Positions 49,671 through 59,121 of a DNA stretch of 64,000 nt are shown one piece after another. Position 1 is the stretch's first letter; every line of letters begins with the position of its first letter. The notes beneath the pieces were generated by a model. That model had not been told where the DNA came from. It made no database searches and worked only from the letters and a program-made list of their open reading frames with translations. The stretch is from Desulfatiglandales bacterium (GTDB lineage: Bacteria; Desulfobacterota; DSM-4660; Desulfatiglandales; Desulfatiglandaceae): positions 3,488,001 through 3,552,000 of the forward strand of contig OY762721.1 of the NCBI GenBank assembly GCA_963666345.1, read 5' to 3'. Both the position numbers and the translations under genes were made by a program.

Positions 49671-50321
49671 TTGTATATCCTGATTCTAATTCTGTTGGTT
49701 AGCCCGTTTTATCTGAACGATTTTGCGAGTATCTTTATCAAAGACTGGCACCTGTGGTTGATTATCGACTATGTCGGGGTGAAGCTTTTTCCTTTTGTGG
49801 TCACGCTGTGGTTGGTCCGAACCAAGAAAATGCGACCGCCCGAGTTCGGGCTCACCACCCAAAGCATGCCGTCATTTTTTGTCGTTTTCCTGCTTGTGGC
49901 ACTTGTCGGCACGGTAATAGACCAAAATGGGTATCAGTTAATAAAAAAACTTCCGGGCTACTCGCCGCTTGGCGGCATGCCGGCGATTACGAGCCCTGCC
50001 TGGAACTGGATAGACCTTACGTTCGGACTATTGGTGGTGGGAATATTCGAAGAACTCATTTTTCGCGGCTTTATGCACACATTCATCAGCAGGTACACCG
50101 AGAATTCGTTTGCCATAGTCGCGATTTCTTCGGTTGCTTTCGGTCTTATCCACTGGAGCCTAGGCCTGCACGCCATACTGATCACATCGATTATCGGAGC
50201 AGTTTTCATGACTGTATACCTGGAAACTCGGTCTCTACCGGCCATTATGTTCGCGCATTTTGCAATCAACTTTATCAATTTTGCCGGTATTGTTCCCAAA
50301 TCGATATTTAAATTGGTTTGA
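49671..50321 (+). CDS. CPBP/Abi (CAAX) intramembrane metalloprotease
   Basis: EELIFRG, FGLIH, HFAIN; TTG start after GAGGAGG. Confidence 0.88.
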   Translation: MYILILILLVSPFYLNDFASIFIKDWHLWLIIDYVGVKLFPFVVTLWLVRTKKMRPPEFGLTTQSMPSFFVVFLLVALVGTVIDQNGYQLIKKLPGYSPLGGMPAITSPAWNWIDLTFGLLVVGIFEELIFRGFMHTFISRYTENSFAIVAISSVAFGLIHWSLGLHAILITSIIGAVFMTVYLETRSLPAIMFAHFAINFINFAGIVPKSIFKLV

Positions 50322-50344
50322 GACAGGCAAAAAAGATTGTGAAG

Positions 50345-50600
50345 GGCATCGGGGGGGGCTTGAAACTTGAATTATCTCGATAGAAGGGGGCAGGACTGCT
50401 GTTGATTCTTACCTGAAGGGGCTCAGCGTGATCTTTGTTTGAAGTTAATATAATTGACCGCAGCCTTAGACCCATTCCAGTGCGGTAAGCGGTATCATCG
50501 AAAGGGTAAAACAAAAAATAATAACGGACAAATATTTTGATATATAAGAAAGAATTAGCCAAAATATCGGCAAGAAGTCTAGGGCAGACCTGCCCCCAAA
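50345..50600. repeat. GGGGTCAGGTCT-type repeat plus uninterrupted (empty-site) element with inverted ends
   Basis: GGGGGCAGGACTG (50386-98) and CAGACCTGCCCCC (50585-97); upstream CTTGAAACTTGA..CTCGATAGAAGGGG also occurs at 55715. Confidence 0.7.
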
Positions 50601-50630
50601 CAGTCACCTTTTTTATCAGCCCGCCCTTTT

Positions 50631-52031
50631 TCATTCATCAACCAAAGCAACGCCGGCCCTTTTGTGCTCGTCTGAACCCCGCAGTTTCCATCGGGCAAAC
50701 AGGCACAAAGTGATAAATGACAAAAGGAAATACCACGGAAAAAATGAAATTGATTTTATAAAGAGAAGATTTTCCAGGCTCTGTCCGTCAAGATTGAGCT
50801 GGTTTCCTGAAGCATGCGACCTCAAAGTCGCCAGCAGCAAAGAATATAACAACCCTATAAGCCCGTAAGCCAGGTTGAGTGAGAGCCCGTTGAAGCTCAA
50901 CACGGTGGCCCGCTGACTCGAATGCGTAACCCTGTTCAAATAGTAGCTTGAAAAAAAACGCAAGAGATACATGCCGCTAAAAAGCAGCAATATTGGAAAA
51001 AGTCCGATAACGGGCAGAAAAAAAGTCATCACAATAAGCCCGAGGAGAGTAAGGACGAACATGACGCCCAAATTGGATGCAGGAGAATGACGTTCTGCCA
51101 GTTTCCGGGCAATATGCGGGATGAAAATCCCAAAAACCGCCATCCCGGACCCTATTAACCCGAAGGTGGCCTCCGGCAGGTGGATGAGACGGTAATACTG
51201 ACTGTTCAGGGTTATAACCATCCTGATGCTGTTATCAAAGACGAGGGTTGAAAGAATGATAACCAGGACAAATGGTGTGGTCAATATCCATCGGCCTGCC
51301 TTAAATGTCAGTTTGAAGGATTGGATAATCGCATTCCCTCGCCCTTGTTCCATCTCAATTTCAGCATCATCTGCATCGCAAACATCCTTCATCCTGAGCG
51401 TGGTTATGAGCGTCATTACGGCCATCAGCAGGGTGAGGAAAAGTGGGAAGCGCAGCGTAAGGTCTTGTGTAAACCGGATATTCAATCCCAGCCAATGCCC
51501 GACCCGCCCCATCAAGGCCGGGTCGTATACGGCAGCCCCCAGGCTCAAGGCCCCGATATAGGCAATCGATTGCAGGCGCATTTGTTTTTCCAAGACCGCG
51601 CCCCAGTCACTGACATGCCCCTCTTTCTTGAGGGAATCATAGGCGATAGCTTCGTCGGCACCGCTTGCGGCAGCTTCCGCAGCCCCGCTCAGAACTCTGT
51701 TTACCAGAAATATCGCAAACAGCAGCTTGGGTTTACCCATGGGGGCGAAACAGAGAAGCGCAATTTCCACAACCATGAGCGCGGCCGCACACACCAGAAG
51801 ATTGCGCCGGCCGATCGTGTCTGCAAGAGCCCCTGAAGGAACCTCCAGCACTACTATGGCCGCGGCCCACGCCACATTCAACAAGGCAAATTGCTGCAGG
51901 GTCAACCCGAAGTCCAGAAACAGGATAGTGAATACGGGATAATAGAATCGGGCGTTAAAAAACACCCGAAAGGCAATGAAATAACGTACGTTGCATATTT
52001 TAAACGGAGATTTGGTATTCAGGTCGTTCAT
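50631..52031 (-). CDS. MFS transporter
   Basis: LEVPSGALADTIGRR, SGADEA..YDSL, RATVLS; about 12 TM. Confidence 0.88.
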   Translation of the reverse strand: MNDLNTKSPFKICNVRYFIAFRVFFNARFYYPVFTILFLDFGLTLQQFALLNVAWAAAIVVLEVPSGALADTIGRRNLLVCAAALMVVEIALLCFAPMGKPKLLFAIFLVNRVLSGAAEAAASGADEAIAYDSLKKEGHVSDWGAVLEKQMRLQSIAYIGALSLGAAVYDPALMGRVGHWLGLNIRFTQDLTLRFPLFLTLLMAVMTLITTLRMKDVCDADDAEIEMEQGRGNAIIQSFKLTFKAGRWILTTPFVLVIILSTLVFDNSIRMVITLNSQYYRLIHLPEATFGLIGSGMAVFGIFIPHIARKLAERHSPASNLGVMFVLTLLGLIVMTFFLPVIGLFPILLLFSGMYLLRFFSSYYLNRVTHSSQRATVLSFNGLSLNLAYGLIGLLYSLLLATLRSHASGNQLNLDGQSLENLLFIKSISFFPWYFLLSFITLCLFARWKLRGSDEHKRAGVALVDE

Positions 52032-52061
52032 GGCAGCTTTTCGAGGATGGCCTGCGTCATA

Positions 52062-52786
52062 TTAAAGCAAATAGTCCATGCCCATCTCTTCAAATATCTT
52101 TGCCGACCCCTTCAGGTAGCCCGATGCCTTGTCCGGCCGGCCCGGATTCCAATAGGATCCTCCCATAAAGTAATCCATTCGAAGATCATCGCCGATGGTG
52201 CCCACCAAAACGGAGCCTGAGTTAAGCCCTATGCGCATTTGAAAATCGACGCCGTTTTGGAGCATGATTTTTTCGGCATATGTCCCCATGGCCCGCTGGA
52301 TGGCCAGCGAGGCATAACAGGCTCTCTGAGCATGGTCTTCGAGAGAGAGAAGGGCGCCCAAAAGGGCCGTCCATCGCCTGTAAACTGATTGATGGTGCCT
52401 TCATATTTGTGGATCTCATCCATCAGGATTTTGAAACACCCGTCCATGATCTGAATCACCTGTTCAGGGCCAAGTTTTTCAGAGATACCTGTAAAGTCGG
52501 CCACATCAGCAAAGAGGACCGTCACAAGTTTGTGCTCCCCTTCTATGGAGGCGCGGGTGGTCAGGATTTTGTCGGCCATGAATTTAAGTGTGTAGGATCT
52601 GGGTTGGTCGTAATCGAGAAAAGGGGGGGCAGCGGTTTGATCAATCTTGCGGCCGCATTCACCTAATTTATTTCCTAAGGGGATCTTTGCTCCGCAACCG
52701 GGGCATTCGATCTCCATTCTTGTCCCGCATTCTTCACAAAACTTGACGCCGTCACGATTTTCAGTCTGGCATTTCGGGCATTTCAT
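52062..52786 (-). pseudogene. Zinc-ribbon adenylate/guanylate cyclase pseudogene
   Basis: MKCPKC..FCEECG, VTVLFADV..FT, QFTGDG, frameshift, MRIGLNSG.V.VG.IGDDLRMDY joined directly to a ...FEEMGMDY tail. Confidence 0.82.
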
Positions 52787-53071
52787 TTTTCAAACCATCA
52801 ATATCCCGACTCATGGTTTTTCCGCTGAAACTGCGGCCCTGACAGGGGGCAAACCCTTGAAACGTCCTTTAAAAACTCTTGTTTTATACCATAAGGGAAT
52901 CTTTTTTAGAAGGGGGCCGGGTTGGTGGGAAGGGCTGGGGAGGTACGATGAAACCAAAGGGGGACATTGGATCCAAAACGATTTTAAAAAACTGCTTTGC
53001 ACTATTTATAGTCTCGGTATATTTTAACGGCAGTGATAATCTTATTAAGACCCCTCTCTTGTTTTTAAAAT

Positions 53072-53100
53072 GGCATCGGGGTTAAGTCCTGAAACTTGGA
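53072..53100 (+). repeat. GGGGTCAGGTCT-type repeat copy
   Basis: GGCATCGGGGTTAAGTCCTGAAACTTGGA, similar to 50345-70. Confidence 0.55.
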
Positions 53101-53256
53101 TCAACCCATGGGTTCAGATAAATATCCCTTTTTACATGCATTCCGGCCGACGGGTAAAGAGCAAAATCGATTGGAACGGTACCCTGAACAAAAGGATTCG
53201 GCAGTGATGCCTGTGGTCGGGGGGCATATAGCGTGAGGAAAGATGAATAAGATTTT

Positions 53257-54605
53257 GGTTCATCCGGCAAATGCCGGGGTAATAATATTGGTTGGTGAAT
53301 TTACTGTAAAAAGCCATAGAAAAATCGTCGCCAATGGGTTATCTCGTTTCTGAGCTACGACACTACAGACACGAGAGGAGACCGACAATGGCGACGACAA
53401 GCTTTTTGTATCACACAATGGGCCTTAAAGGCTACCGACACATTCGTACCGAGTATCGTTATGGTGTTGTCTTTTACCATGTAAAACTGAGGAACACCAA
53501 ACGCAGGTGCAGAAGATGCGGTGCCAGGTGGCGTTATCTCAGAAAAGCAGGAAAATTTACCAGGGTTTTTCATGCCTTGCCCATTGGCAGAAAGCCACAG
53601 AAGATAGTGCTTCATGGGCATGAACAATACTGCCGGCATTGTGGACGTATATTGAGGGAACCCATTAAATTTGCCAGAGGGAAAAAGCGTTCTTTGAGAT
53701 GTTTTGATCGATTTATCGTTGATCTGTGCACTATTGCTACCATCAAGGCAGTGGCTGCGTTCCTTGGGGTTGGATGGGATCTGGTTAAAGGCATCTTCAA
53801 GGAAGATCTTAAAAAGCGCTTGAGCAGACGAAAGCTGAGAAGAGTCCGCTACATTGCGGTTGATGAGTTTGCTCTTCGAAAGGGGCATCATTACATGACT
53901 GTGGTCATGGATCTTGAAACCGGACAGATCCTTTATGCTGAGAAGGGCAAGGATGCACAGGCCTTGATCCCTTTTCTCAAAACGCTGCGCAGGAGAAGAA
54001 TAAAACTCATGGCAGTGGCAATGGACATGTCCCCGGCCTACATGAATGCTGTTAAGGAAGTATTCCCCAATGTTGATATCGTACACGATCCTTACCATGT
54101 GGTGGTTAATGTCAACAAGGCTATTGATGAAACCAGGAAAAATATTTACCGCACCATGACAGGCAAGCAGCGTGGCATCATTAAAGGATCGAGGTTTTTG
54201 CTGCTCAGACCGCTAGAGGCTTTAAGTGAGGCCTCACTTTCAAAGCTTTCTGCTATTATGGAAATCAATGAGCCGCTGTATAAAGCATATATACTGAAAG
54301 AAGAACTTCGCTGGTTCTGGAATCTACCGAATGCATGGTTAGGTGAGCAATTCTTGGATAACTGGATCAAGGAAGCATACGAAACAGGTATCAAAAGCTT
54401 CATAAAGCTGGCTGATTCACTGCTGCGACACAAACCAGGTTTGTTATCATATTTTGCTCACCGTATCTCCACTGGTCCACTTGAGGGCCTTAACAACAAA
54501 ATCAAAGTGCTCAAACGACAAGCATATGGTTTCAGAGACAACGAGTATTTTAAACTACGTCTCTACTTCTTACATAATGACACCCCGGCATTTGCCGGAT
54601 GAACC
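53257..54605 (+). mobile_element. Intact ISL3-family insertion sequence
   Basis: Perfect 24-bp inverted repeats GGTTCATCCGGCAAATGCCGGGGT; perfect 8-bp target duplication AAGATTTT (53249-56, 54606-13). Confidence 0.95.
53388..54602 (+). CDS. ISL3-family DDE transposase
   Basis: Zinc finger CRRC..CRHC, IAVDEFALRKGHHY, AMDM, DPYHV, STGPLEGLNNKIK..KR.AYGFR; GAGGAG RBS before ATG 53388. Confidence 0.93.
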   Translation: MATTSFLYHTMGLKGYRHIRTEYRYGVVFYHVKLRNTKRRCRRCGARWRYLRKAGKFTRVFHALPIGRKPQKIVLHGHEQYCRHCGRILREPIKFARGKKRSLRCFDRFIVDLCTIATIKAVAAFLGVGWDLVKGIFKEDLKKRLSRRKLRRVRYIAVDEFALRKGHHYMTVVMDLETGQILYAEKGKDAQALIPFLKTLRRRRIKLMAVAMDMSPAYMNAVKEVFPNVDIVHDPYHVVVNVNKAIDETRKNIYRTMTGKQRGIIKGSRFLLLRPLEALSEASLSKLSAIMEINEPLYKAYILKEELRWFWNLPNAWLGEQFLDNWIKEAYETGIKSFIKLADSLLRHKPGLLSYFAHRISTGPLEGLNNKIKVLKRQAYGFRDNEYFKLRLYFLHNDTPAFAG

Positions 54606-55299
54606 AAGATTTTTATCCTTCTTATGGTTACTGTTATTCTTGGTCTGTCCGATGTCTCTTATGCTGAGAGTTATTTGCCGGATGAGCCCGGGGTTGAGCG
54701 CCATGAATCCATAGGTAAGCAAATGATCGATTCCTATGCTCAAGCTTTGGGAACCTGGAAGACAGCGGAAGATATTAATAAATGGGTCGGCGGTAGTTTT
54801 ACATACGATAGGAAAAGGGCGATTAAGTTTTCTTCTGCCCGGAAAAACAAGAAAAAGGGGGTCCCGGTTTACGAGCCGTCCGAATTTTTTGTTACAAAGG
54901 CCGGGGTTTGTGTCGATCTTGCTTGTTTTGGCGTTGAAACACTCAAAAAAATTGATCCTCATAGTGATCCGAATTATCTCATGATCAAATTCGTTCCGAT
55001 ACAAATAAATGGACATACGTTTCGATTGCACTGGTTGGTGAGTTTTAAAAAGGATGGCAAGAAATACTTTTTTTGTGACTCAAAACGTCCCGGTTTCCTT
55101 GCAGGTCCCTACGATAGCACTCAGGTCTTCATCAATGAATATGAACAATACAGGGGCCGAAACATTGTCGCGTACCGCGAGTTGAAATCCTACGAAAAGA
55201 AGAGGAAACCAAAATCAGTGAAAGGAAAAAGGCCGGAAGACCGCGCACCTGATTAGATCCGCCGGCTACAAAAAGATTATCCATGATGCAGGAGGTCCT

Positions 55300-55665
55300 A
55301 TGTTCAAAATAATGCAAAACGGCGTGAATCGATTAGATATTGAGCTGAGTGGGAAGTTGGACTCTGAGGAAATGAAAGTTGCACTGGATGAACTTGTCGG
55401 TAAGTCGAAGAATATCGAAAATGGCAGGATGCTGTATAAGATTATTGATTTTCATCTTCCGTCATTAGGTGCAATTGGAATTGAATTTTCCCGCCTTCCT
55501 TCGATGTTCGGACTTATGAGAAAATTCGATCGCGCTGCGGTATTGACTGACAAGACCTGGCTGAAAAAAGCAAGTGAACTTGAGGGGGCTTTATACCCGG
55601 GGCTGGAAATCAAGGCTTTTGGTATGGACCAAAAAGCGGAAGCAGAGGCCTGGTTGTCGAGTTAG
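55300..55665 (+). CDS. SpoIIAA-like STAS/SEC14 domain protein
   Basis: LSGKL, FDRAAVLTDK.W, EIKAF...AEAWL; GGAGG RBS. Confidence 0.82.
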   Translation: MFKIMQNGVNRLDIELSGKLDSEEMKVALDELVGKSKNIENGRMLYKIIDFHLPSLGAIGIEFSRLPSMFGLMRKFDRAAVLTDKTWLKKASELEGALYPGLEIKAFGMDQKAEAEAWLSS

Positions 55666-55704
55666 GGCGATATGGGTCTCTGAAAACAGCTAGCTGAGGG
55701 AAAC

Positions 55705-55745
55705 GGGGTGAGGTCTTGAAACTTGATTCGGCTCGATAGAAGGGG
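55705..55745 (+). repeat. GGGGTCAGGTCT-type repeat copy
   Basis: GGGGTGAGGTCTTGAAACTTGATTCGGCTCGATAGAAGGGG. Confidence 0.7.
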
Positions 55746-55781
55746 CCTGCCGCTTCATGGTCTTGCAGTCCCGTATTTTTT

Positions 55782-56195
55782 ATGGCTGCCAGGGAAATAC
55801 ATGAGATTGAAATCAAATTTTCACCGGATCAAAAGGTCATGTTGGATTTCGACCCGGCAGAACTATGTGGAGTGGAAACAAAACGGCTAAATGAACAGGC
55901 GCGGCGGAATATCCATGAGTTTTCTGATGATTCCGTATTCCAATTGGCAAAGGAGGAATTTGAAAAAACTTGAAACCGCGGATCGGGGCATCAAGTTCAG
56001 GATGAGGTGGCCGACGGAAGCCTCCGCCGGTTTTTACCGAACATGGCGCCCTGCAGGCTGCGAACCTGTCGAATTCGGAACAGGCCGATAAAATGAGAGT
56101 GTTTATCGTAAGGGCTTTTGTTAGGATGTGTGAAACGGCCTTCAAAAATGAGGTGTTGTCGCACAAGGTAGACCGGTTGGAAAAGCGATTGATTT
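55782..56195 (+). pseudogene. ORF6N-domain protein pseudogene
   Basis: QKVMLD.D.AEL.GVETKRLNEQ.RRN...F..D..FQL..EEF, frameshifts, FTEHG-like segment, VFIVRAFVRM. Confidence 0.8.
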
Positions 56196-56221
56196 ATATG
56201 GGGTTCCCCGGGGAGGAATGG

Positions 56222-56785
56222 ATGAAACGGATATCAGTGCTTCTTGTCTTCTTGCTTGCTGCCTGTTCAATGATCGGCTGCGCAGGGATGTCTGGAAATC
56301 AGTGTCTTGAGGCGGACTGGTATGAAATCGGGCGCCAGGACGGAAACCAGGGCAAAGCCCGTGAAGTGTTTCAGAAGCATTATAAGAGATGTCTTGAATA
56401 TGGTGTTCAGGCCCAGAGAGACGCCTATTTCTGCGGCCGGGCCGAGGGCCTGAAACATTATTGCACCTATGACAATGGGCTGAGTCAGGGCAGGAGGGGA
56501 CGGGCCTACCGGTTTGTCTGTCCCGCTTCCCTTGAACCTGATTTTCTGGCTGGTTATGAGAATGGTAAGTTGATCCGCAAATATGAAACTCGAATCCATT
56601 CATTGCAAAGAGATGTCAAGGCCATTGAAAAAAAGATCAAGGCAAAAGAAAAGGAACTGTATGCGTCCCGCACCGCCGGCGCCCGCAGGGCCGTGCTTCG
56701 GTCCGAACTCAAGACCCTGGACATGGAATACAGGGATGCCGTTCGCCGGATCCACCAGCTTGAGGAGGCACTCGCTGATATTTGA
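56222..56785 (+). CDS. DUF2799-family lipoprotein
   Basis: Lipoprotein signal (IGC), C..ADW..IG..DG..G, YC...NG...G..G..Y...CP. Confidence 0.82.
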   Translation: MKRISVLLVFLLAACSMIGCAGMSGNQCLEADWYEIGRQDGNQGKAREVFQKHYKRCLEYGVQAQRDAYFCGRAEGLKHYCTYDNGLSQGRRGRAYRFVCPASLEPDFLAGYENGKLIRKYETRIHSLQRDVKAIEKKIKAKEKELYASRTAGARRAVLRSELKTLDMEYRDAVRRIHQLEEALADI

Positions 56786-56797
56786 TGCGGCCGGCTG

Positions 56798-56861
56798 CGT
56801 AAGGTCCTGGAACGTGAACCGGCTTGATGAAGGGGGCGGGGTCAGGTCTGCACATTTGACA
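56798..56861 (+). repeat. GGGGTCAGGTCT-type repeat, tandem copy
   Basis: GTAAGGTCCTGGAACGTGAACCGGCTTGATGAAGGGG, then GGGGTCAGGTCTGCACATTTGACA. Confidence 0.7.
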
Positions 56862-56985
56862 GAAGAACATTGATTCGGTTTTAAGATGTCTGAGGAAAAA
56901 CCGGCACGAAGGCTGTTTCAGCGGAATGAAACCAAGGGAAATTGAAAAATGATCTTTTATAATTATAGAATGAAGAGGAAATGAT

Positions 56986-57291
56986 ATGGTTTATGTGATT
57001 GCATCGATACGCGTGAAAAAGGGAAGGCTTCAAGATTTCATTGAGATATTTAAATCCAATGTACCTGACGTTAGAAAAGAGAAAGGATGTATCCGGTATC
57101 TCCCGACGGTAGATATCAACTGCGACTTGCCTCCACAGCTTTTGGACGAAAATGTTGTGACGGTTATTGAGCATTGGGACAGCCCGGACGCTCTGCGCGA
57201 TCATCTTGCTGCTCCTCATATGCTGGGCTACAAGGAAAAGGTCAAGGACATTGTAGCGGATGTCTCTATAAAGGTACTGCAGGAAGCATGA
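56986..57291 (+). CDS. Putative quinol monooxygenase (ABM domain)
   Basis: V..EKGCI.Y.P, IEHWDS.DAL..HL.APHM. Confidence 0.85.
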   Translation: MVYVIASIRVKKGRLQDFIEIFKSNVPDVRKEKGCIRYLPTVDINCDLPPQLLDENVVTVIEHWDSPDALRDHLAAPHMLGYKEKVKDIVADVSIKVLQEA

Positions 57292-57314
57292 AACATCTGG
57301 CTGAAGCACATAGG

Positions 57315-57344
57315 GGGGCCGGGTCTTTAACCTTGAACCGGCTC
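57315..57344 (+). repeat. GGGGTCAGGTCT-type repeat copy
   Basis: GGGGCCGGGTCTTTAACCTTGAACCGGCTC. Confidence 0.55.
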
Positions 57345-57423
57345 ATGATAGCGTGGTATTAGACTTTCTGTAAGCGCCGCCATATCCATTCAGGTATCGA
57401 ATGAACAGACAAAGGAGAAGATC

Positions 57424-57768
57424 GTGATTATTAAAAAACTGAGTGATGTGCCCTTTGCAAAACTTGAGGGGTATGAGAAGGTGAAAAAGCAGATCGTAAT
57501 AGGGCCGGAAGACGGATCCGAGGAAATAGTAATGCGTTATTTCAGCCTCGAGCCGGGGGGGTCGAGCCCGCATCATACCCATGATTTCCCTCATCTGGTA
57601 AAAGTCGAGGCGGGAAACGGGGTTGTTTCCGATGAGGCGGGAAATGAACATGAGCTTAAAGCTGGCGATTTCGTCTATGTAAACGGCAGTGAGCTTCACC
57701 AGTTCAGAAACGCCGGGTCGGCTTCGTTTGAATTTGTCTGCATTGTTCCGAAAAGAGGGGAGGGTTGA
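57424..57768 (+). CDS. Cupin-domain protein
   Basis: PGGSSPHHTHDFPH, GDFVYV...LHQFRN; AGGAG RBS. Confidence 0.85.
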   Translation: MIIKKLSDVPFAKLEGYEKVKKQIVIGPEDGSEEIVMRYFSLEPGGSSPHHTHDFPHLVKVEAGNGVVSDEAGNEHELKAGDFVYVNGSELHQFRNAGSASFEFVCIVPKRGEG

Positions 57769-57909
57769 TATCATCGCCTGAACCTTGTCGGACACTGAAA
57801 CATTAAGGTGGAATGTTCATTCAGAGCATGCCGGGCCCAGTCATTTAAGGATTATCTCAGATGAATCTTTGAGACATTACACCCATATCTTTTGATCGGG
57901 CGTGAACCA

Positions 57910-58947
57910 ATGGGCAATAGGGCCTCAATCAATAACAACAAAGGCTTGTTAGGCGGGGGTCCTTTTTATCTCCGGTCCATCCTGAACGGCATCGCCATGG
58001 TTTTTTCATGCATCCTGCTCAGTGTCGGTTGCGGCACACAAACGGCAAAAGACACGATCCTTATGCAAAGTCAGTCAAAAGAGCTCACAGAGACGTTTTT
58101 TCATGAAGGTATAAGGCGGAGCTATCATATTCATCTGCCGCCCGGTTTCAGAAGCGACAGGCCGTCTCCTCTGGTGCTTGCCCTGCACGGAGGGGGCGGT
58201 CAGGGGAGAAGGTTCGACAGGTCCATCACAAGGGGCACCCTCGTGGCAGCAGCGGACAGCCGGGGTGTCGTCCTTGTATTTCCCGAGGCTGTAAAGAGCC
58301 ATTGGTTCGACGGCCGGGCCGAGATTCTCGAGACGGAAAGGGGATACGATGACGCAGGTTTTATCTCCGTCGTCATAGATCGTATGGTGAAAAACTACGG
58401 CATCGATTCCGGGCGTCTATATGCCACAGGCATTTCAAACGGCGGCTTTATGTCGATACGCCTGGCCATGGATTTTTCCGAAAAGATCGCGGCGGTCGCC
58501 CCTGTTGCCGCGCAACTTTCAATGGTCCTTAAGGACAAGACACCCAGGTTTCCGATTTCGATCATGATTATAAACGGGACTATGGACCCGCTCGTTCCTT
58601 TTGACGGTGGTCACATCGGGCTGGCCGGGTTCGGCCGCAGCCGCGGAGAGATTATGTCGACTGCCGAAACGGTTGAACATTTCCGCCTTCACAACGGATG
58701 TGACCGGACGCCTGAGATGCGCAGGATTCCGAACAGGGCCCCGGACGACGGGACGGACGCCTGGGTTGAAAAGTATGCAAACGGCAGGGACGGAACCGAG
58801 GCGATTCTGGTCAGGGTCAAAGGCGGAGGCCACAGCTGGCCCGGCGGAGGGCAATATTTCAGGCCGAAGATCATTGGCGCCGTGTGCCGGGATTTCAACG
58901 CAAGTGAAATGATCCTTGAGTTTTTTCTCAGGCATAAGAGGCCTTAG
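57910..58947 (+). CDS. PHB-depolymerase/LpqC-family esterase (start uncertain)
   Basis: PLVLALHGGG, DDAGF, GISNGG, GTMDPLVP, GGGHSWPG. Confidence 0.85.
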   Translation: MGNRASINNNKGLLGGGPFYLRSILNGIAMVFSCILLSVGCGTQTAKDTILMQSQSKELTETFFHEGIRRSYHIHLPPGFRSDRPSPLVLALHGGGGQGRRFDRSITRGTLVAAADSRGVVLVFPEAVKSHWFDGRAEILETERGYDDAGFISVVIDRMVKNYGIDSGRLYATGISNGGFMSIRLAMDFSEKIAAVAPVAAQLSMVLKDKTPRFPISIMIINGTMDPLVPFDGGHIGLAGFGRSRGEIMSTAETVEHFRLHNGCDRTPEMRRIPNRAPDDGTDAWVEKYANGRDGTEAILVRVKGGGHSWPGGGQYFRPKIIGAVCRDFNASEMILEFFLRHKRP

Positions 58948-59121
58948 AAATACCTTTCCGTCTGTTTGTCTTTTCTTCCCTTTCCTTGCGTTAAGCTCCC
59001 CATGCCGCAGGCATCATCGAGGGACCGGGGGGGAGAAAAGAGATTGACAACAAAGGCCTGAGATAATAGAAATCTGGTGATAACAGGGTATTGGGATAAC
59101 CAAAAAAAGGGTGCTAAACAT

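Larger units (their letters stand above)
53243..55256 (+). pseudogene. Secreted transglutaminase-like protein interrupted by ISL3 in codon 5
   Basis: GAGGAA RBS, ATG AAT AAG ATT TT|T ATC CTT CTT ATG reconstructs MNKIFILLMVTVILGLSDVSYA; GVCVD, LHW and CDSK suggest a Cys-His-Asp triad. Confidence 0.75.

Noticed and set aside
50351..50358. G8 tract as a phase-variation switch
   Set aside because: It is intergenic between convergent genes and part of a degenerate repeat
52845..52880. c-di-GMP-I riboswitch (GGCAAACC...GAAA)
   Set aside because: No closing stem and no downstream GCAAA segment
56093..56785. 230-aa ORF as one fusion protein
   Set aside because: Its first 43 codons are mostly the ORF6N pseudogene tail; the lipoprotein has its own GGAGGA RBS and ATG at 56222
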